64,000 nt of DNA from Hydrolagus affinis (lineage: Eukaryota): assembly GCA_012026655.1 (NCBI GenBank), contig JAAILG010000062.1, positions 62,001 through 126,000 of the forward strand. The letters run 5' to 3'. A model generated the notes under the pieces. The model saw only the letters and a list, made by a program, of their open reading frames with translations, did not search any database and was not told the DNA's origin. The translations under genes were made by a program, and so were the position numbers. Below, in pieces: positions 37,091 through 50,100 of the stretch. Numbering within the stretch: the stretch's first letter is position 1; the number at the start of each line of letters is the position of its first letter.

Positions 37091-40000
37091 AAATGTATAC
37101 ATTGTGTGGATATTTGTATGTTGCCTGCGGATGGGTGGGATATCAAAGCTTTAAAGCTTCTGAATAAGGATGAATTTCTGTCAGTTGGATTGAGGGAAAT
37201 TTTGCTGTTTTATGGCTGCGCAGAACCTAAGGCATATGCAGAGGAAAGGGAATCACTGAAGATCAATTGGCATCTAGATCAAGATGTGAAATCTATTGGT
37301 AGATATTTGCATCTGAAGTTTTGGTGGATCAGGAAAATAGCAAGGTTTAGGTTGGTGTGCAAATACACTGGATGGTTGGAGAACTGATGATGCACTTGTG
37401 TCCTTACTTTCCCTGGATTAAGCAGGCATGTGGCCCCTTAATAAAACACAGTTCCAGTTACTGGTCGCAGTGGAAAGAAAATGGAAAATCTGACATTTAA
37501 CAACAAAGTATTGCTCCATATATCACAGTTTCTGTAGCTGGCACAAATGGCGCTTGTATTGGGCAGACAGCACTGTCTGCAATTGAAATGTATTGAGTTT
37601 AGTCCCAGCAATTTTTCCGCATGAATCTACAGCTGGTGCTGTTCCCAATTTCCCAGATTTCTAAAACGTTGGTCAACATGAGTAAACAGCCTGACAGGTA
37701 CTCCTACTGTTATAGCAATTACGGAATTTATTTAGCCTAATCTAGTGCAATGGAATTTTAATAAAATAGTTTACAAACAATATGGTGCTAAGCCAAATGC
37801 TTGTAAACTTTTCCATCCAGTAGAGCTTGTTGTCCATGCAGAAATCTGAACCCTGAATAACATTTTCAAAACTAATCCATTCAGTGCAGTACTATCGGAA
37901 AACCGCTCTGTAAAGCACGAGTAAACTCTTCCTGTCTGTTCTCTTTGCTGAGATACTACAAGTGACCACCAAAACACATGTTGTGCTGTTAATCCCCTAG
38001 CAAAACAAAGTAGTTGTGGGATCCATCAATAATCACTGCTATTGTATCCATAACACCACTAAACAGTGTGCATGCACAACAAACCTAGGCTGAGTATATT
38101 GTAAATAGCATATTGTTGCTCTTCATTTATTTCTGAATTCAACCCTCCTTCCGAAGGCAGAAATCATCTGATATGCAATTTGCAGTTCTTTTTGGTCATA
38201 CGCCAGTGCTTCAGCGGTTGAAAGTGTAATTTATCTACAAAGTCTGTCATGATTAGTTGAAAGGTTTGATTCACATACAAGAAAAAAACCAAAATAAATT
38301 AAACATTTGCTTCCACATTTCGAGCAAATACTCTGATTTGCATTAACTCCCACTTGGCCTGAAAGTGTTACATACTTGTAATAAGTACAGATAGTTTAAT
38401 ATATATTTCATGGTGTGGATGTGAAGAAGCGCAATAATAGATTCTAACACCAGTTCTGGGATCTAAAAAAATGTATTACGAAGGTGAGAATTGTTAGTAA
38501 TTTGCTAATTTGATGTGCTAATGATGATGGAACATTACATATTTACATATGTGATAGCCAATCAAAACTGGACACTTTTAGCGAAGAGACGTGTAATTAG
38601 TCAGGAATTACGTTTGTACCTTAATTTGTTTGTGATTTTTTTTCATGCCTCTAGTTTTTATGGTCATTGTTACAATGGTCATATTACATGAATGTTATAT
38701 TTGTGGTCACCTCCTCCTGCCCCCTGACTCGCTGACATTCATTATTAAAAGGAAAGTCAAACATTGTAGTTGTCTGCCTGAAAAGACCTTGTGGGTGTTT
38801 CACACACTGAAAAATATATGTAACTCTTTGAAGAATCTAGAACCATTTCTACCATAGAACTAAAGTGTAGTGAGGTGTGGAGATGGTGTTTGTGCTCCAA
38901 TCCACTCTGTGTATGATTATTTTTTTTGATCGGTCACTTTGTTTGCCGAAGACATTGAGGTCAGATACATCTTCACTCACTAGAAGAAAGGGACAAGCAG
39001 AGGAGAATAATCTTTGCAGGGTTATTACATATCTTTCAACTGGCTAATAAATAATTGTGGCCACAATCCAGGGCCAGGATATTTGCCAACCGATCAACCT
39101 TGGAATGGTCCATGTGTAAGAAGATCTTAAAGGAGAGATCAATTAAACATGAAGATAAAAATGCAGCAAGAGTACAGTTTTTTCAGCTGCTTCCAAGAAT
39201 ATAGCACAAAAACACTTCGTGGAAGTGTTTATTTACCGTAGTTGTCAATAATATTAATAGCTGTTCCAGTTGAAGCTGGTGAGTTCTTTGTTTCAGAATA
39301 CAATTATTTTTTGCGTGAGATTCTCTATGACATCATCATTTTAAGTGTTCTGTCTTGTTCTTGTTTTCCTTGCACCTCATTACCTGTGGCTGTAAGGAGA
39401 GGCTGGTGAATTGATGCTGTTTTTATGCCGTTTGAAAAGCAGTCAATAGAGTCTCAAACATAACTATCCAATTTTCCTTTCCTGCCTGTGGACACATTTT
39501 AGCCATGGAGCCATGACTGAGATCAGCAGCTCCACATATCAAGGGAACCTCAGATGTAAATCTGCTTTCTACCTCTCCACAGGGCTCTGAAACATTCTGG
39601 CTAATTGTAGCCCTGAGTTCTACAATTCAATGTAACCAATAATTAAGATCAGTCATTTGCCAAGGGATCTGCTTCCTGATTAAACTGTTCTCGAAAATAA
39701 ATTGCCTGATCCTCATTCTTCCTCTGGTATAAATTCATAGTGAAAGTCAAATGCACTACTGAATATTTTGCCAGAATCTCCATTTCTGCAAAGGATGAGA
39801 CAGAGAGTGAGTGGGATGGGTCCTAATTTTTTGTAAACTTGTCAATGAGAAGTTAACATGGACAGGATTATTAGCTGTAACCTTTTTCTCTTTATGTATT
39901 CAATTCCTATGTCTTCTGCCTTCCTGTTCATTGTCTATGTTACCACTCTTTTTGCACTCACTGTCCAGGACTACTCTCCGACTCCCCATCTAGTCTTCCT

Positions 40001-41094
40001 TTGCCCTCTTACTCACTATCCAAACCTCCACTACCTTCTCATTCACTATCCCAGTCTTCTCGCCTTTTTTACTTGTTCTCTGTCCCCTTCCTTGCCTATC
40101 GCTATGTTTCCTGCTCATGAGCATGAGGTGAAGCTTAATTTAGTGTGAGTGAAACCCCTCTGTAATTATTGCAATGCTTTCTCTCACCCATTAATGAGCT
40201 TTGCCCAATTCTCAAGGCCAACGAAGGGGAGGTAAGCAATAACCATTATATGCAACATCTTCTTTCTCATTACATCAATCTAATTCTCTCTCGTCTGGGG
40301 AGGAAGCCAAGGTGTTGGAAGGCGAGGAAGAATGAGTAACTAGTATAACCTGGACAGACAGCAAGTAGGGTAAAGGGAGGGTTTTTTTCTGTAGGGAGAA
40401 AATTCAGAAAGGTAAATTACTCATTGTGCATTTATTGTGTTGCTGTAATGTAATAATAATGTTTTTTTAAAAATATATTAAATTTTGCAATCAGCATATA
40501 CCAATGCTAAAATATTTCATCAATTCCTTTTGTTACAAACGGCATAATTAGGCTGAATTTCTAGCTTGCAGTTCCTTTAAGTGACTGAATGAGTGTAATT
40601 ATCTGTGATTTCTCTGTTTTTCCCAGGTTTTTCTTGTGCTCTATTAAATCACTCACGTGGGTATAATTCTTTGTGGAATGTATGTGATATTCACATGATT
40701 TATTGTAATAGTGATTAAATACTAGTAAGTCCTTATATTAGACTATATAATTCCTACTGCAGTCTGCCTCGGGGAGAGGTGGGGGTTGGTCAGCCATGCA
40801 AAGTAATATGAAGAGTTTTTGGAAGTTCTGGAACTGCAGTTGCTGCATCTATGAACTGGAAGTACTGCAGTGTTTCTCTGCGCTGAAAGCTTGTAAGGTA
40901 GAAAACACCTGTATTAAATCTGCAAAGAATTACCAAGTAAATTGAGGAATAAAAAATGTGATGTTTCATAACAGATTCTGCTGAGAGAAAATTCAAACAT
41001 ATCACCTTTGATAACCTTGGACACTGATGGTTTCCACTTATAATTATCAAATGAGCTGTGTGTAACGCTGCTTGGTATTTTTCCCCCCATATCA

Positions 41095-41415
41095 TGTGTC
41101 AGCCTGGCTCAGTGATGTCACTCTCCCCTCTGAGTTACAAAGTTGTGGGTTCAAGCCAGTGCATCACTGGAGGTGTTTGCATTGTTGGCGATACGGTCCA
41201 TTGGAGGAGACAATAAACCAAGGTCTGTTTGTTTGTGAAGGCTAACGAACCCATCATACTATTCAAAAGAAGAGATTTTCCCTGTGTCATAGCCTACAAC
41301 AGCTGTTCCACCCACTCCAAAATAAAATTGGTCATCCACTTCATGGCTGTTTGTGGGACCTTGGTGTGTGCAAATTGGTTGCTGCATTCTCTCACAAATA
41401 CACAATCACTCCAAT
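41095..41415 (+). mobile_element. Older SacSINE1/AmnSINE1-type DeuSINE
   Basis: Head tcagcctggctcagtg..cactctcccctctgag..gtgggttcaag, long core, Deu end gctgtttgtgggaccttggtgtgtgcaaattggttgctgc. Confidence 0.75.
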
Positions 41416-42401
41416 CACAAAACATCATCAACCTTTGTGAATTTTTAATATCCAAAATCGTACAGTTTCAATTATGTGTTTTAATATTTCATGAAAAAAT
41501 TATATATATACATATATATATATAATGAATGTGACATTTCATCAATAACCTTAATTGAAACAAACTTCAGATTTGAACCATGCAAGCAGGCATCCATCCT
41601 AATTTTGTGTTGGTCTGGTTCACTTTGAATGACAGCCAATTATTTTTACAATAAACAATTTAAATATTCTCGCTTTTACTTTCAAAAATAAATATCTTTC
41701 CCAGACTAATCCAACACCTGAAAATGTGCACAAATTGCCTAGCTTTGTTAACTAATGTTACATCAGACTTGAAAGCATGATGTCGCAACACAAATCAAAA
41801 TAGGATGGATTTGGACATGGGCTGACTGAATCTTATTCAGGACTACCCAATGTGGAGAGTTAATGAGGTGAATCGCCTTTCACATCCTATCTATCTTTGC
41901 GTTTATACAAAGCCTAGCAGCATATATTGACATTTTAGATCTCCACAGAAAGATGCTTTGTAGCAGTTTTTAAGAAGCGTTCTGTTCAAATTGTTTCCAA
42001 ATAAGTCTAACAATACCATTTTAAAGTAAATTGTATAAGTCAATAGAGGGAGAAGAGCCACTTGATTCATTCTGTCTTTTAGAAAGTAGCACTTGTTTAG
42101 TAGAAAGCTATGAACAGTGAAATATTGGTTTGTTTTTATTGAGACATTTTCTAGCCTAGCACAATGTACCAGATACCAACTGATTGTCTGTGCTGTGAGT
42201 TTGTTGTCAAATCAAATGACTCTCAAAGAAAAATTACTAACTCTCAAATATATTACAGGTGTGTAAAAAAAAAGAAAATCTCTACATCAACTATGTTTTC
42301 TCAAGATATTGTCCTCTATTTAAGATAATTTGTTTGGGTGAATTTGGAATAATTGGCCAACACCTAGTTGGACTATCAGCATCACCCAGACGCCATCCTT
42401 T

Positions 42402-42560
42402 TGTCACTCAATAAACAACTGTTTGTGTGACACTGCTGTGCGCAATTGGGTGCTGAGTTTCACCCACAAAATATACAGTCAATCCACTTCATACTATAAG
42501 CAGTTTTAGACATCTCAACAACATGATTAGGCGGTATATGAAATGCAAGGATTATTATTA
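42402..42560 (+). mobile_element. SINE 3' half
   Basis: ctgtttgtgtgacactgctgtgcgcaattggg..aaatgcaaggattattatta. Confidence 0.9.
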
Positions 42561-42689
42561 CTGTGTGTATTGATGAATATGGGGCTGATTCCCCACAAAC
42601 TCACCACGAGCAAAAATGGTTGGAATCAAGTAAAAGAAGCTGTTTCTGGCAGAGCAAAAAGTCCCATTCTTCGATAGCTTTAAACAGCA

Positions 42690-42790
42690 AATGCAACAGC
42701 AACAAATCGCAATTGCTGTATATAGCATCCTTCACATGGTAGGCATCTCAGACTGCTTAAAACAGTGTGGTTTGACGCTGAGCTGGATTG
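42690..42790 (-). mobile_element. L2 3' tail remnant
   Basis: caacagcaacaa..tatatagcatccttcacatggtaggcatctcag. Confidence 0.55.
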
Positions 42791-42949
42791 CACCTGATTG
42801 ACGCCTACTGCACTATGCCGAATTCATGAGAAGTACCAGTGTTTATATGTGAATTTAATGCAAATTACGCACTTGATCCTATTTAAATAGGCTAATGGTG
42901 AGAGGCAGCAAAATGTTTGAAAGACGGCAGGAAGGGTTATTAAGTGTGA

Positions 42950-43650
42950 AGGAGCTTTCAGTGGAGAGTCCCTGGAAAGGGAAACATAATACCCCTGTAG
43001 AAGATGCTTGTACCCTCCTCAATCCTACCCTGCAGAAATTCCCAATACTGTAAACTTGTTTCCTCAGTGAATAGGATCTGGAAAGAAAGCTGGAGAAAAA
43101 TGTCGAGTGACTGCAGGAGGTCCAAAAAAAAAAGCAGTGAGCAAGATATTTGTACCGAGACTCGAACTGATGACTCTGCCGTGTTTGTCTCTCTGTTTGT
43201 CTCTGAGGAGAAGCTAAACTTCTGGCGGAGCAAAAGAAGCACATTGTCTAGGAGCTACGGTCTGGTAATTGACCAAGCCTCCTGGAATGCACTTTAAGTG
43301 GCATTTAACACTAAATAAAATAGCAATGTAATAATGCAAGTGTAGACCACTGGCCCATCTATTTTATTTTGGTCACCCAGGTGTCTGACACGTGGGGAAA
43401 CCCATCACCATGCTTAAGAGCATTCCAACCAAACTGAGAATTCCAAGCATCTCACCTACACATGGAAATCCAGCGATAGATTGTTGGAATGGAATGCGCA
43501 CTCTCTTCCCTGGAGGGTTGGATCCTATTTGCCTAATTCCAGAAAGTATTAGGCCCAGGTTGCCAACACTATTAGGCTTGGAGACCCCAGGGTGTGCTTT
43601 GAGGTAACTGCTGGAGTCTAACCAGCTAAAACCACCTTCTACTCCGACCA
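42950..43650 (-). mobile_element. Decayed Harbinger transposase
   Basis: GGFS..GVSK..SV, FQQSIAGFPCVG (F..IAGFP.V.G), GF, GDQNKI, RWASGLH, *LLDN (WLLGD), PQRQTER..SH, LQSLD, GNFC, in order across frames. Confidence 0.5.
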
Positions 43651-44021
43651 TCCAACTTTACTGATGATTCCACAATGACCCTTGCTTCCTGTCGTAGTTT
43701 AGCAGTCTTATGATAAGAAACTGGTAGCTGGAGATAAGTGCCAGAGTAATCGCTGGACAGAGCCTGAATGTTGCATTAAAATTAAATATGATTTGTAATA
43801 ATTGTCACTGCTACTGGCAAGGTGGCGGTAATTACTGCTAGACTAGAATCGCAGGCAAGGAGAATCCATTCAACGGCTGCTCAAAAACAGTCCCTTTTAA
43901 GCTCTTGGATATAACCAGCAATTGAGTAACATTAACTAGCTCGTGGCCTTCTTTGTGCACGGGGACCAACCAGTCTCTCGTCAATCAATGAGAGCAATTA
44001 GGAGCAAGAAATATACCTCCA

Positions 44022-44135
44022 TTGTTTTACTCACAAAATATAGTCAATTTATTTGCAGTATATTCTGTGAAGCACTTTGAGACACCTTGAAGACGTGATA
44101 GGGTGCTACATCAAATGCAAGGATTATTATTATCA
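44022..44135 (+). mobile_element. SINE 3' fragment
   Basis: tcacaaaatatagtcaat..gtgaagcactttgagacacc..aaatgcaaggattattatta. Confidence 0.88.
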
Positions 44136-47100
44136 TTAACCACCTCCCTGCTTCAGAATACTCCTCCGATCCAAGTGCCAGATGGTCATTGCAGAACACG
44201 TGGTCTACTCTTGTACATAGGAACTCCTCCTCCTGCTCGTGGATCTAAGTTATCTGTGTACATATGGGTTACTGACGATTACAGCTGTCTCTGCCGTTGC
44301 TAGTTGGTGACTTGAGTCTGTGTCGCACATTCTGATCTTTTCTTTATAATGATATTAGTGCCAGTTGCAGATGTGTCTTAATTATGTCATAGATCACTGT
44401 TGACATTGTCTTGCAAAAATCTTGGTAGCAATATGCACGACCCCACTTGCATCATAAATTGGTGCTTTACCTCTATAGAGCACACAATTCAGTCAGGTTG
44501 TAATGTAGCTGTAAGAACCTTGCGTTAAAATCGCTACTGCTTTTCCTAAATACTGCTCAACCGACAACGCCAGTGGGAAAATTTAATCCATAGTGTTGAG
44601 CAGATTAATTGTTTTACAGTCATAAATTAGTAAATAAAAGATTAAAATCACTGGTGGTTTCCAAGCTTAACATTATTAACAGTGGCTGAATTTTAATGGA
44701 TATCGTCTTGGCTCTCTTGAGAGCCTTTTGCTGCCCTGCTGGAAAAGATTACGTTCCAGCCTTAGCTTTTTTTTCTTCTTCTGCCTTTTCCTCCTGCAAC
44801 CTTTCCACCACTTGCTAGCCTGTGGTTCCCCTTTGCTGCCTTTTGTTTTAAACTGGGCTAGAAAGTCTCTCCTCACGCTGATTGCTGCTGATGAGTTTAG
44901 AAATGCATGGGTGAGGTTCTCCTATTCTGACTTACTGTCAGTGTCCTGCCTTCCTTGTTAATGCAGGAAGCTGCCTGATGTCATTTTCTCCCTAAGGAAT
45001 ACCCTGATTCCAAAACCCTTTTTTCCCCGCCTGCATCAAACGGCTTGCAATTTCAATTTAAAGGAGTGTGGGTGGAGGGGAGGAGAAAAAAAAACTTTTC
45101 CACTGAAGCCTCGCAAATTAAATTACTCTAAAACAGTTAGTAAAATCCGCTGTAACTCTTGGCTTCTCTTTAATATCATTTACAAACTGTGTCCAGACCT
45201 ATCCCAACTATTTTCACTAAAAGCACAAGTAAGAGATGGTGCGCCTCGGAAACTTTTTCTTCCTGTCATATTACCCAGTCTTCTTTTGACAGATTTTCTA
45301 ATTCCTGAATCTCCCTTTGGTCACACTATTTGCTCCTCTATGGTCACCTCTGAGAAGATTAACCCTTTCATTAGAAAGCCTGACCAGGGTCAAACTGCTG
45401 CCTAGCTCAGAACTCCTGCTCCCTTTGATCTATCAGCTGTGGAGAAATTATTAGCAAATTCTAAGCCTTCCCATGTGATTTGTTTTTGTAAATTTGTAAA
45501 AATTATTCCTAATCCTATTATGTGGCCTAGGGCAAACCTGCATTAAATATATGAGACCTTTGTTATGCAGCAGCGAGATAATAAAGGAATTCTGAATCTG
45601 GTCCCATTCCGAGTTATGGGAATTTGGATACTTCATAAGCATTTGCTAATCCTCTGCCACGGCCAACACCTTTGATGAATGCTTTCATTTATGACCACTG
45701 ATGCCACTCACTTAATTTTGCAAGGCAAAAGTAACACTTAGCTTCTAGGTTAGCATTTGAGATTAATGCATTTATCTAGTAATGGATAATCGTGAAAGGT
45801 TCTGTTGATATCAGGACATAGATTATTCAGCTGTATACCTTAATGATTAGAGATAGGAAAATTACAATTTTGCATCTCTCATCTCCTCCTTTCAAGACAG
45901 ACACCTTGCAGACAAAAGTCACTGTCTTAACCCAAATTCTAGCTGACAATGCGTATCAGCCCTTGCTATTTTCAGTCATTGTTGTGCCAATCTTATATCT
46001 AACCACCAACATTTTTTCAAAGAAAGAGTGGATTTCCTAGAGACTCTACCCCACGCAACTTCCACAGCTTAATATGGAAAAGGAAAACCTATACTGTTTT
46101 TAAAACTGTTGCTCAGTGGGCTATTCTTGCAGATTAAACCAGCCTTTCACAATTAAGACAGTGTCTCTGCCTCTACTGCTTGTTTGCAAAAAAAAACCCT
46201 TTCAAAAGCAAAGGTGAGCTTCTTATTTCTAAATTGTTCATACCTCTCTTTATTAATATGTTAACATTGCTGTACCATTGAAAATATTTGCAATTTATTT
46301 AACACTTTTCTAAAGCCCTGCAGTTACAATTTATCAGACATTATTAGTAAAGGTGCTAGACAGCATCGAAAGGGGTGATGCCTTTACGAAGTGATATGTG
46401 CCACTTGAGGTGTTTTTTTTAAAAAAAAGTAGTGTTTTGTTAAAAGGGCAATTTTAAATGGTAAATAACATGCAGAATATAAACACGAAAAGTGAAACAT
46501 TGCTAGAGGAAAAAATGTGCTTTTTTTCAATGTTTTTAATGCAGGGAGAGAAACTGTGCAACAATTCCTGGGAATATAGGAACTAAATCAGGCAAAGGGA
46601 CAACATCTGGAATCAGCACAATAATGTTCATCTGTCATTACCGCATTATATGAAAAAAAATTCTGTACAAATGTTGCTGTCAAATTAGCGGTGTTCGGAG
46701 GTGAAAAAAAACGGTTCCAATTTCTGTCAGTGTACGTTGCAGCCGTTTTCGTGCAAATTTTGCTCTGTGCTGCGACTGGCATGGCTGATTGCAAAGAGGG
46801 CATCTTAAGCATCCACAACTGCAAAAACATAAGTGTGCTTGGTGCTGAACACCCACAAGTTTGTTACCCTAACTCGAAACTGCAATTCGCATGTTAAACA
46901 GATATTTTAATTTATTTATCAGGGGGTACTTTTCTGCTGATGTTTAGCATTATAATTTCATGAAAGATTAAATTTTTCAGACAGTATTACATTAGCTTTT
47001 TCCACATGAGTAGAACTATGACTACTTGAAGTGAATAATGTAAAAACATACCAAACCCAAGTTAAGCGCATAGCATTTAAAAAATATTATTCCCTAAAGG

Positions 47101-50100
47101 AAGTATATTTTAAACAAGAACGGGACTGCGGTGCCTGGGGTCAAAGCAAATGATTGAGGGGCTGAGCTTCTTGCATTGTATGTAATGTTTCAAAACAAGG
47201 TTTCTCTTTAGTGTATTCAGAAGATGTGAATAATAAATTCGCCTTGACAGTCACAAGAGCAGCTTGTGAGCGAACAATACTGTGAGATGACAGTGAATTC
47301 CTCTCACCACCGTCACTTTCCAGTTTGCAAGGTTACAATCCAGCCAGATGTAATATCTAGCTGCAGTCAATAACTAATCATTTCATTTGAATTTCTTTCA
47401 AAGTATAAGCTCTCTGAAAAATGAAATTCAATTCCCAACACCCCATCCCCACCCTTTCTTGCAACATCAAAAAACATTAAGGCACACCCTGTTTTTTTTT
47501 TAAAAATTACATTTTACATTGAAGTGAATGGAAATGGAATCTTAATTCATTGATGGTAGTAGTTGGCAAGTTTGTTTTCATGTCTTTGTATTAACATGTC
47601 CTGTATTTAGAGCTGAATGATGGCCAGTTTTGTTTAGTTCAACAAGTGGAGAGATTATTCTGTTGTTGTTCCAAATCTTAACTTCTGCTTCTAAATGCCA
47701 CTTATTTAGCTTAGAAACAGGAAGGAAGCTTATTGCGAGGGCAAAAGTATTTAGTGGTGGAACAAAAAGTTGGTGTTGAATCAATGACAATAAACTTAGG
47801 CAATTATGAACTTTCAATGCTCTCACTTGGTTGCTCAGTATGGAGTTCAGCACACCCAGAAAGTTTTGGCATAAGCCAAAAGCAAGTGTTGGTTGAATTC
47901 CACAAAGTTAAAACCTAACAAATATGAACCTCAAAGTATACTGTTCCTGCCAGATTAGTGCACTGATATGTTGGTGGAATTTAATGTGATGTTTTAATTT
48001 ATTTTCATCTCTCCCTGAAATGTTCTCAGCCCAACATATCAGACGCTCTGTTGTAAAACAATAAGATGTGGTTTACAGCACGTTCACCTTCTCTAAGCTT
48101 TTTATCCTCATGAATAATCTAATTAATTACACACAAGGAATGAATGTTTGGAATGAATTGGATTTCAGATTAGGATTTCTCTCTTTCACCCCAGAAAAAT
48201 CTGATGGACTAAAACCAATATTGGGTGGAAAATCACGGATGGCGTTTCCGGAGTTCAGCAGGAGGAGCCTCCCTAGAAACCAGGAAATGGACATTTAGGA
48301 TGCAGAAATTTCTGATCCAACGCCTAAGGCATGCAACTAGCTCTTCAACTCTCAGGCAAACATATTCTGCATTTTTGATGCTTTGCGGTGCCCTCCGACC
48401 ATCAGGCAAATGGACACAAAGCCACTGTGGAGAACCATGGCACTGACTGGAGGAGATACGGAATATAAAAATAAAAAGGGCACCCCTATTTAGAAGCAAG
48501 ATTTTTTAAATAAACATTGAGTTGTCACTCCCTTGAAGACGTTGACAACATAAGCCTTGGAGAGAAGTATAGAGTTTCGCTGCATTATTGCAAATACGGC
48601 ATCGCGCACACTTTTAATCTGTGAGCAGATCAAAAATAAGATTCTTCACTGCACGTGAACAGTTGCTTTTTTAAAGGGACAGACCCATCCAAACTTGGTG
48701 TTGAGGATGACATGTTATTTTTTTCCTGAATAAATCTGAAACCCCTCGTTTCTGGGATCGATAACATTTCACCGTTTGGGCCCGACCTCGCTCTTTCTTT
48801 ACAATTTTGTTGCTCCAAGAGTTTTATGATTTCCCCCTCCATATATTCAACAACTTCCTACCCAGTATCCTCTGCATATCAACAAAAGCAAGATAATCCT
48901 GCTAAACAACTGCTTTACAATGAAAGCCGCCCTTTATCTGAAGATAAAAACTGAAGTTCAAAATGCAGCTAAAGATTAACACAAAGCGGGGACTAGATAC
49001 GGGGACCCAGAGAATGAAAAGAATTGGGCCGATGACGGTGGCTGATTCAAAGCAAATGTCTGTTTAAGAAAAATACTAACACAGAAAGACGGAAGGTTAT
49101 AATTTCATTGATAAAATCAATCGTGTCAATCTATCACACAGCAGAATGCAGTAAGCATATTAACCCTTACCCTGTTGAATAAACGGGAAATCCATGAGGT
49201 TAGCACAACAAATGCTGTGAGAAGCACTTAATAGCATTGTGACATTTGCTACAGCTCCCAATTTGAGATGCATTAAATGTAAAAAAAGCATTTCCCCTTC
49301 ACCTGGAACATAAGTGACAGTAAAGAATGGTTAACAGACAGGCTGGTATAGACATGCTGGCATTCACCTGCTACAATTCATTTGATTGTAGAAATGTGCT
49401 ACTCCAAGATTTCAGAACTTAATGTGGCCTCAAAGAATTAGCTGTTGATATGACAAAGTGTTACAAAGGAACATCTCACAGATCTTTCTCTGGAATGCAG
49501 ATCAATCCTATTCATTTTGAAAAGCAAAATACACAGAGGGGGACATTCATCTGGGAATTTTACAGAGTAAAAAAAATAGGAATGATTACACTCCAAAGCG
49601 AAGTGGAGGACTGGGGGTAGTCAGCAGCAATCAATCTTACATGGCCTGAGATAATCTGAACTTGTCAGTGTCAATACATTTCTCCTTCTTTCCCCTGAAA
49701 GTGGCTGTGTTTGTTTAGTTACCTTTTAACCAGTATCAATTTAATGCCGTGATTCTCAGCGAATATTGTCAACAATTTTATATTTTCAAACTAAAATGAA
49801 TAGACAATATAAAAACAAACCCTCTGGATTTTTATGGCACTTGTAACACTGTGTAAAATCGCCGTTAAAATTTTATTTGCAATTGATACAGCACATGTGA
49901 GAGTCCCAGCCACCCTTTACAGCAGGTGCTTAATGGTCAGTGTGTGCTGCAGCTAAAACAATGAAGAGCATTCGTCATCCTAAATAGTGGGTCACACCTT
50001 TGGGGCTGGAGCTGCCTCAGTCCAGTCTCAGCATCATCTGAGAATTCTGCAACCAGAACAACATTGTGCCTTTGAGTTATGGATCCTAATGACGCTCAGT

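Noticed and set aside
44676-44961. Lys/Arg-rich ORF with an NLS-like run and a hydrophobic antisense ORF
   Set aside because: Products of a low-complexity pyrimidine tract; no splice or homology support.
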